From Promethearchaeota archaeon (lineage in GTDB: Archaea; Asgardarchaeota; Lokiarchaeia; Sigyniarchaeales; SOKP01): a stretch of DNA of 64,000 bases. The notes beneath the pieces are model-generated. The model was not told the DNA's origin, ran no database searches, and saw only the letters and a list, made by a program, of their open reading frames with translations. The stretch covers positions 32,001 to 96,000 of the forward strand of contig JAHPZA010000004.1 of assembly GCA_019058445.1 (NCBI GenBank). The letters run 5' to 3'. Made by a program: the position numbers and the translations under genes. Below, one piece after another: positions 37,343 to 47,762 of this stretch (the first letter of the stretch is position 1; the number at the start of each line of letters is the position of its first letter).

Positions 37343-38692
37343 ATGGCAAAAAAGAAAGCTCCAGCTAAAAAAATTCCTGTAAAAAAACCACCTCCTAAAA
37401 AGGTGCTACAAAAAAAACCACCAGTTAAATCTGCTCCCGCTAAAAAGGCTGTTCCTAAAAAAGTTCCTCCTAAAAAAAGTCCTGATAAAAAGACTCCTTT
37501 ACAAAAAAATGCTATTAAACCTGAATTAAAATCACCCGAAATATCACTTGGTAAGGATTATGACCCCACAAAGAAGATTAAGAAAAAGATTAGACCTTCT
37601 GTGGAAGTTTTGCATCGTATAGAGTTAATGGCATTAATTCAAAATGATAATTATCCTAAACCCCCAAATTGGCAATTATCTCCCAAGATGATTGAATTAT
37701 TCATCACTGGCTCTCGGGAAAAATTTCCCGTTAAAAAAAATGGAACGACCAAAAAAATTAGTATTTCCACTAAATTTTATGGTGATAAGAACATCGTTCA
37801 AAAAGCAATCGTAACTTTAGCTAGTGAAAGAGCATTAATGCTAATTGGTGAGCCAGGTACTGCTAAATCCTGGCTTTCAGAACACTTAGCCGCTGCTTCA
37901 TGCGGAAGATCTACCTATTTAATCCAAGGTACTGCTGGAACTACTGAAGATCAGATTAGATATTCATGGAATTATGCACTTTTGGTTTCTGAAGGCCCGA
38001 GCTTGAAATCTCTTGTACCTTCACCTACAATAAACGCCATGAGATCTGGAAGAATCTTAAGATTTGAAGAATTAACTCGTTGTCCCCAAGAAATCCAAGA
38101 TAGTATGATTTCAATCCTTTCTGAAAAAGTAATTCCTATACCAGAACTTGGCTCTAAATATTTAATCTATGGGATTCCAGGGTTCAATGTGATTGCCACA
38201 GCAAATGATAGGGATCGTGGTGTGAATGAAATGAGTGCCGCTTTAAAACGTCGGTTTAATTTCATATATATTCCAGTAATCAAGGACAAAGCTTTAGAAA
38301 AAGAGATAGTAGTCAATTGTACCAATGATTTGCTTTCAAGAATTGGTTTTAAAGTACAAATTCCCGAAGATACTTTGGATTTATTAATTACTGTTTTTCA
38401 AGAATTGCGTACGGGTCAGAGTACAACAGGGGGAAGATTTCAACAAATTTCAGGTGTAATGTCGACTTCTGAGGAGATATCACTATTATTTGATAGTGCA
38501 ATTTATGCAAAATTTTTTGGAACCGAAAACATCGAGCCTAAGCATATTGCAATGCAAGTTAAAGATTCTATTGTTAAAGACGATAAAGAAAATCTCTCTA
38601 AACTAAGGGAATATTTTGAATTAGTTGTAAGAAGTAGGGCTTCAAATTCTAAGACATGGAATCAATTTTATACGGCATACAAACTCTTATAA
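37343..38692 (+). CDS. MoxR-family AAA+ ATPase (YehL-like) with Lys/Pro-rich N-terminal tail
   Basis: GEPGTAKSWLSEHLAA, RFEELTR and ATANDRDRGVNEMSAALKRRFNF. Confidence 0.9.
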   Translation: MAKKKAPAKKIPVKKPPPKKVLQKKPPVKSAPAKKAVPKKVPPKKSPDKKTPLQKNAIKPELKSPEISLGKDYDPTKKIKKKIRPSVEVLHRIELMALIQNDNYPKPPNWQLSPKMIELFITGSREKFPVKKNGTTKKISISTKFYGDKNIVQKAIVTLASERALMLIGEPGTAKSWLSEHLAAASCGRSTYLIQGTAGTTEDQIRYSWNYALLVSEGPSLKSLVPSPTINAMRSGRILRFEELTRCPQEIQDSMISILSEKVIPIPELGSKYLIYGIPGFNVIATANDRDRGVNEMSAALKRRFNFIYIPVIKDKALEKEIVVNCTNDLLSRIGFKVQIPEDTLDLLITVFQELRTGQSTTGGRFQQISGVMSTSEEISLLFDSAIYAKFFGTENIEPKHIAMQVKDSIVKDDKENLSKLREYFELVVRSRASNSKTWNQFYTAYKLL

Positions 38693-38747
38693 TATAATAT
38701 AAGGTGTATTTCCTATATCTAATGATTTCTCCATAAACGTTGGAAAC

Positions 38748-41189
38748 TTGAAAAAGATTCTACATGTTGTATTGGATAAGATTGGTTTAGATTCACAAAA
38801 AGTTGAAAATCAAGTTGCTAAAGTAATGGGAGAAGAAATTAAATATATTCCCATACGGCACAATTCCCCTGGTTCAGCCATATTGGTAAAAAGATGTTTA
38901 GAAGAGTATAAGCCTAAATTAGTGTTAATTGAAGGCCCATATCTGGCCGATGATTTAATTAAATATATAATTGCCCATGACACAATCCCTCCTTTTGCTT
39001 TATTATCTGTGTTTTCAGATGAACAAAATCATTTCAAATTAAATGGAATTATTAGTCCAGATGTTTCAGTACCAGCAAAATTTCAGTTTTACTATCCATT
39101 TATCTCTTATTCTCCTGAATTAGTTGCCTTGAAGTTTTGTTACAGCAAAAATATCATTACACATTTTATTGATTTACCAATCACAGGAATCATTCCTTTT
39201 TTAATAAGAGAAGAGGACAGGTTTCTTCATACTTTAAAGCAGGAAGAAGAACAACTTAAATCTAGCCTATTCTATAAAGAATTGTCACAAATTTTTCAAT
39301 TTGACAGTTTTAACGAAACTTGGGACACATTATTTGAGATTGGTGCTAATAGAGTAGAAATTGACGAGATCCTGGAAAGCTATCTAATTTTTTGTGCTTG
39401 TGTCCGACAATCAATACCAAATATGGCATCAGAACTTAATGGTTCTATTGAAAGAGAAAAATTCATGAAATACAATATAGAACACTATAGAAAAAAGCAT
39501 GGAGTAGATAAAAAGGATGTTATGATAATTACAGGAGGAATTCATTCAGTAGTGTTAGCAGATACAGTACCGCAAAAAATTTCATTTCTAGAAAAAGGTT
39601 TGTTTAATTCTTTAGTTCCTTATTCTTATTATAGAATGAGTGAAGCGTATGGTTATGGTTCTGGTAATCAAGGGCCTCAATTTTATGAGTATATATGGGA
39701 AAATTTCGTTAATGATATTAAATACTCTTTTGAAGCTGCTGCACTGGAGTTAATAACAGATATTTATAGTGATGCAAGAGGAAAAAAATATGATATCTCA
39801 GTTGTTGATTCAATAAATACTTTCCAAAGTGCCAAAATGTTAGCTATGATACGCAGGAGATCCGAGCCATGCCTAAATGATATCGTAGATGCCATTTTTA
39901 TGAGCTTAGTTAAAGGCAATCCCGAAATAGAAGGGGCTTATTTGAAAGAGTTCATTAGAAAAAGAGTTGTAGGATTTAAGTTAGGAAAAATTACAAAATC
40001 AATTAAACAATTACCATTACAAGCAGATTTTTACTTAAGATTTGAATCCTTTAGCATAAATTTAAAAGAGAAATCAAAACGGCATGAATTAAATCTTAGG
40101 GATGAATTTGATAAACAGAAATCTCACCTCTTTTGGAGGGTTAAATATCTCGATCTAGGCATTTTAGAACGAAGTGAAGGGCCAGATTTATTAAAGGGTG
40201 TGTCAGGGGTATTTAAAGAAGTATGGTTTCTTAGTTGGAATCCAAATGTAGATGGAAAATTAATAGAATTGAGTAATTATGGTTCCACTATAGAAGAAGC
40301 AACTAAAAATATGTTAATAGAGGAATCAAAAAAAAATATTAAAGATTTCCAAAAAATTTCTTTTTTATTATATCAAACTTTAGTCATGGGATTACCTACT
40401 TTATTCCCTCATATTGTAATAGTCTGCATTGATTCTTTAGATAAGGATGATAAATTTTTAACTTTATCACGCGGATTTAACAATCTTATCATGATAAGTA
40501 GATTCCTTCACATGATGAAAAATCAAGGGTATAATCTTAATCTCATTACAAAACTAATTTCAAGATGCTACTTCGCATCTTGCTTTTCTCTTCCAATAAT
40601 GGCAAATCCACCGAAAAATCTTGAGGATGCCTTTATAATTGCTGCAAAGGATATGGCTACAACGTTAATTGGGTTATCTACGTTAAAACTTAACATTAAT
40701 GTGTATGAAGAGGGTTTAAAAACTTGTATAGATAACTCTGATAACGATTTTATAAGGGGTGGATGTATAGGAATTCTCTATTTAATGAATTCTATACAAA
40801 TCAAAGATATAAAATATTTAATTCGTGAATACGTAAAAAGTGAAGATTTAATAAAAGTTAGAGTAGGAGAATTTGTTAGAGGTTTAATTTTTATATGTCA
40901 AACGAAGTTATTATATAACAGTGACATAATAAAATTACTTTCTGAAATTATTGAAGATATTGAAACTAAAGTTTTTTTGAGCATTGTTCCATCGCTCAGG
41001 AAAACATTTTCAGAGCTTAGTTTGAGGGAATATGAAGTTTTTGTAGAAAAAATCGCAGAATTATATGGATTAAAAACTTCTAAATTTAAGGAAATTACGG
41101 AAAAAATTGAAAACAAATACTTAATATTCTTTTTTCAAATTAACGAGAAAGTTTATGAAATTTTCAAAAAGTGGTTTGGTGAGGTTTAA
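38748..41189 (+). CDS. DUF5682 / YehM-like protein
   Basis: IRHNSPGSA, VLIEGP, YSPELVA, FIDLP, RE..M, ITGGIH and YGSG motifs, located between the ATPase and VWA genes. Possible ATA start at 38715. Confidence 0.8.
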   Translation: MKKILHVVLDKIGLDSQKVENQVAKVMGEEIKYIPIRHNSPGSAILVKRCLEEYKPKLVLIEGPYLADDLIKYIIAHDTIPPFALLSVFSDEQNHFKLNGIISPDVSVPAKFQFYYPFISYSPELVALKFCYSKNIITHFIDLPITGIIPFLIREEDRFLHTLKQEEEQLKSSLFYKELSQIFQFDSFNETWDTLFEIGANRVEIDEILESYLIFCACVRQSIPNMASELNGSIEREKFMKYNIEHYRKKHGVDKKDVMIITGGIHSVVLADTVPQKISFLEKGLFNSLVPYSYYRMSEAYGYGSGNQGPQFYEYIWENFVNDIKYSFEAAALELITDIYSDARGKKYDISVVDSINTFQSAKMLAMIRRRSEPCLNDIVDAIFMSLVKGNPEIEGAYLKEFIRKRVVGFKLGKITKSIKQLPLQADFYLRFESFSINLKEKSKRHELNLRDEFDKQKSHLFWRVKYLDLGILERSEGPDLLKGVSGVFKEVWFLSWNPNVDGKLIELSNYGSTIEEATKNMLIEESKKNIKDFQKISFLLYQTLVMGLPTLFPHIVIVCIDSLDKDDKFLTLSRGFNNLIMISRFLHMMKNQGYNLNLITKLISRCYFASCFSLPIMANPPKNLEDAFIIAAKDMATTLIGLSTLKLNINVYEEGLKTCIDNSDNDFIRGGCIGILYLMNSIQIKDIKYLIREYVKSEDLIKVRVGEFVRGLIFICQTKLLYNSDIIKLLSEIIEDIETKVFLSIVPSLRKTFSELSLREYEVFVEKIAELYGLKTSKFKEITEKIENKYLIFFFQINEKVYEIFKKWFGEV

Positions 41190-42636
41190 AGTCATGAATC
41201 TTGACAATAAGCCAAGTAATAGATCATTTCAGAATTCCGAAATTTATAAAAATCTAACAGAACGACAAAAACTGTCATTGACAAGATGGAGATTAATTCT
41301 TGGAAAAAAGGCTGAAGAACAGGGGATTAGTAATATTGCAGGTAACCAATTTTCAGGCAATAATGGCCCCAAGAAGAGTAATAACAAACCAAAAGGGGCG
41401 CCAAAGCAAAATAAAAACGCTACAGGAGGTATGGGGACAAATTCAAATATACCAAGTCCTAAAGGTTCCAATACTCAGGGACAAGCGAGAGGGAAAAGTA
41501 GTTTCAAAAAAATAAGAGTTAAAACTCCTAGCAAGCAGAATCATGGAAGAAGCAGTTCTAAATCAAGTAGTCCTGGGGGAACACAACCTTCTACAGGCCA
41601 CCAAACCATGAAAGCTGAATTTAACGATATTGATAACACATTAGATTTAGTTTATAATACATCTCAAGAAAAGCGTGGAGCTAATTTAGGATCTAGTGGG
41701 CTATCTATTCCAAAATGGATAGAAAATGTTAAAACTTTATTTCCAAATAAAGCTAAAGAAGTCCTTGAAAATGATTTAGTAAAGAAATCAAAAATTGCAG
41801 ATCTAATAAAACATCCAGAACTTTTCGAAAAAGTTGAGCCAAATCTCGAGATGGTTAAAACCATTCTTTCTTTAAAAAATATGCTTTCACCGAGGGTTAA
41901 GGATGCGGCTCGAAGAGTAGTAAAAAAAGTCGTAGATCAGATTAAAAATCATTTAAAATCTGAAGTGGAAAAACATATTGTTGGAGCCATTAAACGCGAT
42001 TCTCATACTCCAATAAAAGTATTTAGAAATATTGATTGGAAACAAAGCATCATGCGTAATTTAAAACATTATGATTCTAAAACTCATAAATTAATAATGG
42101 CCGAACCAAGATTTTTCACTAATGAAAAACGACGTAAGGCATGGCAAATTATTGTATTAGTTGACGAAAGTGGTTCAATGGCAAACTCAGTCATCTATTC
42201 AGTAATCATGGCCTCCATATTTTCAAGTTTACCAGCGGTTCATACAAATTTAGTTATATTTGATACTCAAGTCGTAGATTTATCGAAAAAAATTGATGAT
42301 CCAGTTGATATCCTTATGTCGGTACAACTTGGAGGGGGAACCGATATTACGAAAGCAGTGAGATATGGACAAAGTCTAATTAAAAAACCAAAAAAAGCAA
42401 TAATGGTTATTATTAGTGATTTCTACGAAGGAAGACCGGTACACGATCTAATGAGAGCATTAAAGCAAATTCTAGAAGGAGGGACTAAAATTTTGGGAAT
42501 AGCATCTTTAGCATCAAACGCAAAACCTTTTTATAATAAACCGCTAGCAAAAGAAATTAGTCATTTAGGGATTGATGTAATAGCATCAACACCAGAAAGT
42601 TTTCCTGAAATTTTGGTCCGTTTAATGAATTCTTAA
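41155..42636 (+). CDS. VWA (CoxE/YehP-like) domain protein
   Basis: RWRLILG, MIDAS DESGSM, LGGGTDI, ISDFYEG. Low-complexity insert after RWRLILG. Real start is probably ATG 41194. Confidence 0.88.
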   Translation: MKFSKSGLVRFKVMNLDNKPSNRSFQNSEIYKNLTERQKLSLTRWRLILGKKAEEQGISNIAGNQFSGNNGPKKSNNKPKGAPKQNKNATGGMGTNSNIPSPKGSNTQGQARGKSSFKKIRVKTPSKQNHGRSSSKSSSPGGTQPSTGHQTMKAEFNDIDNTLDLVYNTSQEKRGANLGSSGLSIPKWIENVKTLFPNKAKEVLENDLVKKSKIADLIKHPELFEKVEPNLEMVKTILSLKNMLSPRVKDAARRVVKKVVDQIKNHLKSEVEKHIVGAIKRDSHTPIKVFRNIDWKQSIMRNLKHYDSKTHKLIMAEPRFFTNEKRRKAWQIIVLVDESGSMANSVIYSVIMASIFSSLPAVHTNLVIFDTQVVDLSKKIDDPVDILMSVQLGGGTDITKAVRYGQSLIKKPKKAIMVIISDFYEGRPVHDLMRALKQILEGGTKILGIASLASNAKPFYNKPLAKEISHLGIDVIASTPESFPEILVRLMNS

Positions 42637-42637
42637 A

Positions 42638-44800
42638 TTACGCAAAATCTTTAATTAAACGCACGTAATTTTTTTCCTTCTTTAAATAACCCAAATTACA
42701 TGCATGATTAAAATGAGTATAAAATTTTTTATCTACAATATCCTCTATGCGTGCAAGAGCCCGAAATTTTGAAAATTCCATTTGTCCATTTTCACTATAT
42801 TTAGCGATATTGATTAATGTTTTAAGATTCTTGTTTAAATAAACCTTGTGCTTTTTAGAAACCTCATTTTTCTTGCCTCTCATTTTAAGAATATTATGTC
42901 GCATTCGTGGTTGTTCTATTCTACAAATATCAGAATAAAAGGTAACTCCGAAATCTTTTAATTTCTTAAATTCAGGGGATTTGGAAAAATTATCAATCTG
43001 AGAGATAATTTCTTCAATTGAGCGATCAGCTAGAAGTTCTTTTTCTTCATTCCTTCTTTCTTTGAACTTTCTTATAAGATCTAACTCAGATTGGCATTCT
43101 TTGGATGGAGATATATTAATATTTTTACGATTTAAACCTTTAGATAATTCTAGTTGATTAGCTTCTGTTAAGATGTATTTCATCTCATTTTCCTTTCTAA
43201 AAGATACTATATGAAACGGAACGTCAACAGTTCTAGAAGCCATCAAAATATAACATCTTCCATTACAGAATCTCCCAGTTCTTCCTCGCCTTTGAATTAA
43301 CCTAATTTCTGATGGTACTGGTTCATAAAAAATTATTGCATCAACATTTGGGATATCTAGTCCTTCTTCAGCAACACTGGTGGCTATTAAAATATTAATA
43401 TTATTCTTTCTAAATTCGTTTAGGATCTTAATTTGTTCATTTTGAGAATAGCCAAAATCATCAACTTTCGTTGATTGTCCTATGAATTTTTCGATTGCAT
43501 GTTGTTCGGAGTCAGAAAACCCATCTATTAATTGATTTTTTAATAATTCTGCTGTTTTCCTATATTGGGTAAAAATTATTATCTTTTTATTATTAAATAA
43601 TTCTAATTCCTCTTTAATTATTGATTTTAGTTTATTAATTTTAGGGTGATGTAAATTTGAGTATTCTTTTTTCTTGAATAATGAATTTATAAACTTAAAA
43701 TGCTTTGAATTGGTAATTCTTTTAGCAGATAAAATATCCTGCCCTGCTTTATAAGAAAGTCTTTCTAAAAATGATCGAAAGAGGGAAATATCCTGTGTTT
43801 CTAATAAATCTTTAGCATGAAGTATTGAAATACAACTAGAGCTATAGGAAAAAATAGATTGAATATTCAATTTGTTCTCTTTTACAAGATCAATTATTCT
43901 AGGTGATTGAAAAAATAACTGTTCACCAAATTCCTCATCGAATATGTCCGTGTTGTAAAATTTCTCATATTTTAAGGAAAGGGTTAGATCATGACAAATC
44001 CTTAGAAAATCTATTTTTGAGTAATACTTTTTATAAGGATTAATCAAACTTCTTTCAATAAAAAATCTTAAAAACTTTTTTAATAAATTATCCCAAACTC
44101 CACTAATTTCAAGATAATTTATGGGTAAGTCCACTTTTTCTATAAATGTATCAATATCATAAATATAACGTTTTACATCTTCATCTTCTTGTGATTTGAA
44201 TACAATTTCTTCGATGTATAAGTTATCACAGAGCTGCTGAATGCGAAGCAAATCTTTTCCGGGAGATGCGGTCAAACCCAAAATTAATGGATCTCTACAA
44301 GTGTTAATATACTCTTTTGAAATGAAATTATACGCATAATTGCCTCTGGTTCTATGAGCTTCATCAAAAATTATCAATGCAACTTGACTTAAATCGTATC
44401 TTCCTCTCATTAAATCATTTTTTATTACTTGTGGTGTAGATATAATGATTTTTGAGTTATTAAAAGCAATGATTCTTTTTTCAGGAGAGATTTTTCCAGT
44501 TAATATTGAAATGTTGGATTCATCTACATCTAAAAATTGTTCACAAGACGCTTTATGTTGCGCAACTAAAGGTCTAGTAGGGGCTAAGATTATTGTTTTT
44601 GCTTTACCATTATACTTTTCAAGGGCATTAGCTATTAATAAAATTCCGATTATTGTCTTTCCTAGTCCTGTAGGTAAAACAACTAAACTATTTTTAGCTT
44701 TACATTTTTTTACGATATTCTCTTGATAAAGTCGGTAATGTATGGTATTTTTTTTTAAGAAATTTCCATTAAAATAGTCCGGAGTTTTGTAGAGATTCAT
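42638..44800 (-). CDS. hef: Hef/FANCM-like SF2 helicase, without an evident ERCC4 nuclease domain
   Basis: PTGLGKT, DEAH, GLTASPG, ATSVAEEGLD, QRRGRTGR. Confidence 0.85.
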   Translation of the reverse strand: MNLYKTPDYFNGNFLKKNTIHYRLYQENIVKKCKAKNSLVVLPTGLGKTIIGILLIANALEKYNGKAKTIILAPTRPLVAQHKASCEQFLDVDESNISILTGKISPEKRIIAFNNSKIIISTPQVIKNDLMRGRYDLSQVALIIFDEAHRTRGNYAYNFISKEYINTCRDPLILGLTASPGKDLLRIQQLCDNLYIEEIVFKSQEDEDVKRYIYDIDTFIEKVDLPINYLEISGVWDNLLKKFLRFFIERSLINPYKKYYSKIDFLRICHDLTLSLKYEKFYNTDIFDEEFGEQLFFQSPRIIDLVKENKLNIQSIFSYSSSCISILHAKDLLETQDISLFRSFLERLSYKAGQDILSAKRITNSKHFKFINSLFKKKEYSNLHHPKINKLKSIIKEELELFNNKKIIIFTQYRKTAELLKNQLIDGFSDSEQHAIEKFIGQSTKVDDFGYSQNEQIKILNEFRKNNINILIATSVAEEGLDIPNVDAIIFYEPVPSEIRLIQRRGRTGRFCNGRCYILMASRTVDVPFHIVSFRKENEMKYILTEANQLELSKGLNRKNINISPSKECQSELDLIRKFKERRNEEKELLADRSIEEIISQIDNFSKSPEFKKLKDFGVTFYSDICRIEQPRMRHNILKMRGKKNEVSKKHKVYLNKNLKTLINIAKYSENGQMEFSKFRALARIEDIVDKKFYTHFNHACNLGYLKKEKNYVRLIKDFA

Positions 44801-44987
44801 TTAAAATATACAAAACTAATTCATAATTTAAAGGAGATATCTGTGGGGATTTTTTAGAATTTAATTTTAGCAATTTAAGGTCTAATAAGATGCAAATATA
44901 ATGATTTGAGAACATATAGATTTAAATTGAGAACAAATCTAAGTTAATATAATTTAATTTAAAAAAAGTTCTTAAAAGGTTAAAAAA

Positions 44988-46406
44988 TTGAGTTCTAATC
45001 AAAGTGTTATATTTGAGGAAAAACTGCCGAAAAATACAAAGTTTGCGTTTGGGTTTGGACAGACGGTGCACACAATTTTATCTAACGTTGCCTTTGCTGC
45101 GATGACTTTTTATTATAATGTAAAATTAGGATTAAGTGAAGAATATATTGGGTTGGCTTGGCTTATTTTTGCATTTTGGAATGCCATAAATGACCCTCTG
45201 TTTGGTTTTATCCAAGATCGAACCAAGACAAAATGGGGTCGTAGGATTCCATATATCCGCTTTGGAGCTCCAGTGTATGGGATTTTATTCATTCTGGTAT
45301 GGTTCCCTTTAGTTAATATAACTAATGAGTTTGCATTATTTCTGTATCTACTATTTATTTTGTTCACATTTGATAGCATCTATACGATAATAGGGCTTAT
45401 ATATTATTCATTACCCGCAGAAATGGCGATATCTTCAAAAGCGCGGGCAAATTTAATGATTTATGGTTCCATTTTTAGTGCTTTAGGATTTTTAATCTCA
45501 CTTATATTACCTATACTGCTACTTACTGGGAGTGAGTCAACAACAGTTGACCCAACATTTTTAATCGCGATGGTTATAGTTGGAATATTTTGTTCTGGAG
45601 TATTATTTATTTGTAGCTACTATTTAAAAGAAAATAAATACACTCAAATTGAAGAGGCTTTAAATATGGTTGATAGCTTGAAAGAGACGTTTAAAAATAA
45701 ACCATTTCTAATTTTTGAGGTTAGTATTTTCTGCTTTCTTATAGCACAGACAATTTTAACTACAGCGGTGTTTTATTATATAGACTACGTGCTAGAATTA
45801 GGAGGTGTTTTAGGATTAATTCCTATTTTAATCTTTTTCGCTATGGTCTTTGCATTTACATATACTTATAGTAAATTGGTTGCGAAGCATGGATTGAAAA
45901 AAGTATACATTTTAAGCCTTATTTTAAGTGGTGTAGGATTTTTAATAGGTTTTTTAATTGGTCGCACCTTCATAACTGCAATAATCTTCTTTATCATTAT
46001 TGGTATCGGATTTTCTGGGATTTTTTTAACTCAGCAAGCTGTATTTGCTGAAACAATTGATCATGATGAGATCCTTACGTCAAAAAGAAGAGAGACAAGC
46101 TATAGTGGTGTTAACGCATTGATAACTAAACCGGCAATTTCTATTGCAAATTTTCTGTTTTTGATAACAATTTCATCGTTTGGGTTTCAAAGAGCCTCTC
46201 AGACTCAAACAGAAACTGCTCAATTAGGAATTATGATTGGATTTACTATTTTGCCAGCGATATTTATTTTAGTAAGCATTATAGCAATTAAATTCTTTCC
46301 CTTGGACGGAGATGAATGGCATAAGCAGAAGCTTGAATTGAAAAAAATTCATGACGAGAAAGAAAAAGCGTACCTAGCATATTTAAAAGAACAGGGAGCA
46401 ATATAA
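44988..46406 (+). CDS. MFS glycoside-pentoside-hexuronide (MelB-like) symporter
   Basis: WNAINDPLFGFIQDRTKTKWGRRIPY motif, about 12 TMs. Confidence 0.92.
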   Translation: MSSNQSVIFEEKLPKNTKFAFGFGQTVHTILSNVAFAAMTFYYNVKLGLSEEYIGLAWLIFAFWNAINDPLFGFIQDRTKTKWGRRIPYIRFGAPVYGILFILVWFPLVNITNEFALFLYLLFILFTFDSIYTIIGLIYYSLPAEMAISSKARANLMIYGSIFSALGFLISLILPILLLTGSESTTVDPTFLIAMVIVGIFCSGVLFICSYYLKENKYTQIEEALNMVDSLKETFKNKPFLIFEVSIFCFLIAQTILTTAVFYYIDYVLELGGVLGLIPILIFFAMVFAFTYTYSKLVAKHGLKKVYILSLILSGVGFLIGFLIGRTFITAIIFFIIIGIGFSGIFLTQQAVFAETIDHDEILTSKRRETSYSGVNALITKPAISIANFLFLITISSFGFQRASQTQTETAQLGIMIGFTILPAIFILVSIIAIKFFPLDGDEWHKQKLELKKIHDEKEKAYLAYLKEQGAI

Positions 46407-46485
46407 ATTTTAGCTCCATTTTTTTTTAAGAAAATAGAACTAGTCTTGTAATAGGAAAGACTTAAAAGTCAATATTAGTTGATTT

Positions 46486-47523
46486 TTATTTTTCTCTTTG
46501 CGTGCGAAGGGAAATCCATTTGTGTCTTGCTAATGGGTTGTTAGGATCTAATTGAAGTGCTTTATCATAACAATTAGCAGCCTCATCAAAGTTTTTATTG
46601 TATTCATATGCATATCCCAGATTTATCCACATGTCAACATCTTCAGGCTTTTTCTCAAGAACTATTTTATAAGTTTTAATTAATGGAATTTTTCTCCTTA
46701 TGGCATGGTCTGGGGCAAGATTTATTGCTTTTTCATAAAATTCAATCGCAGATTCATATTCTTTTTTAGCAGCATAGAGATTTCCTACATTTAACCATAA
46801 ATCAATATCATACGGAGCTATTTCGGTTGCTTTTTCGTAACATACCAGTGCTTTATCATATTCCTTATTTGCCTCATATAATATTGCTAATCCTTCCCAA
46901 GCCTCTAAACTATAAGGATCCAAGGATAAGATGTTCCTATAATTTTCGATCTTTTTATCTTGAGCCTCTTTCTCATTAAAAAGTTCATTGGAATCCGATA
47001 TGACTGAAATAATTTTTTTATAAATATTAATCGCACCGTTATCGTCATTTTTTAACTCATATGTGCTGGCCAAAGAATTCCACGCATCTATTATAGTAGG
47101 ATCTAACTCAACTGTTTTGGTATAACTTTCAATAGCTTTACTTATCTTATTTTTTTCATGGTAAGCTCTACCCAAACCGAACCATATCTCAGCATTATCT
47201 GGATCTAATTCGATTGCCTTATCGTAGCATCTAATTGCTTTATCGTATTTTTCTTTGTTGAAATTTAAATTTCCTAAATATTTCCAGACAATTGGAGATT
47301 TTTTATTCAAATCCAGAGCTTTTTTTGTAAGTTTAGTAACCTTGTCTGAGCTCATTTCTTTGAAATTTAATTGGGAGTGAACAAATCCTAGCATCATCAT
47401 AATTTCTGCGTTATTGGGATCTTCCTCTAATGTTTTCTTAAGGAAACTTAATGCTCCCTCGAAATTCTTATGTTGTATAAATTTCTCAGCAATTTTAGAG
47501 GTCTGTTGAATTTCCATTGCCAT
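46486..47523 (-). CDS. TPR-repeat protein
   Basis: Repeated W..LG..Y....Y..A...Y.KA..L.P units. Confidence 0.92.
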   Translation of the reverse strand: MAMEIQQTSKIAEKFIQHKNFEGALSFLKKTLEEDPNNAEIMMMLGFVHSQLNFKEMSSDKVTKLTKKALDLNKKSPIVWKYLGNLNFNKEKYDKAIRCYDKAIELDPDNAEIWFGLGRAYHEKNKISKAIESYTKTVELDPTIIDAWNSLASTYELKNDDNGAINIYKKIISVISDSNELFNEKEAQDKKIENYRNILSLDPYSLEAWEGLAILYEANKEYDKALVCYEKATEIAPYDIDLWLNVGNLYAAKKEYESAIEFYEKAINLAPDHAIRRKIPLIKTYKIVLEKKPEDVDMWINLGYAYEYNKNFDEAANCYDKALQLDPNNPLARHKWISLRTQREK

Positions 47524-47609
47524 ATCTAAATATCAAAATTGTTTTATAAGATCGCTATAAAATATAAAGAAACCCAAGTTAATAAATATGAATTAAAAAC
47601 AAAAAAAAT

Positions 47610-47664
47610 GCCATAACTGTGATTTCATAATTATAAATGATAAGCAAATTCACACAGTTATGGC
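47610..47664 (-). terminator. 12-bp hairpin followed by a U-tract on the minus strand
   Basis: GCCATAACTGTG(47610-21) and CACAGTTATGGC(47653-64). A8 at 47601-08 reads as U8 just 3' of the hairpin on the minus strand, downstream of the MBL gene. Confidence 0.55.
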
Positions 47665-47762
47665 GGTTATATGGGTTTTATGATAATGCATCCAAAGTAC
47701 TAAAAACGCACTAATCATATATTTTTATAGCTTAGAATTTGTAAGGATAATTAGATTTGTAA

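Noticed and set aside
47610-47664. Hairpin as a SECIS element or MITE
   Set aside because: No correctly placed tandem GA quartet and no in-frame TGA in the flanking genes. No second copy or target-site duplication seen in the window.
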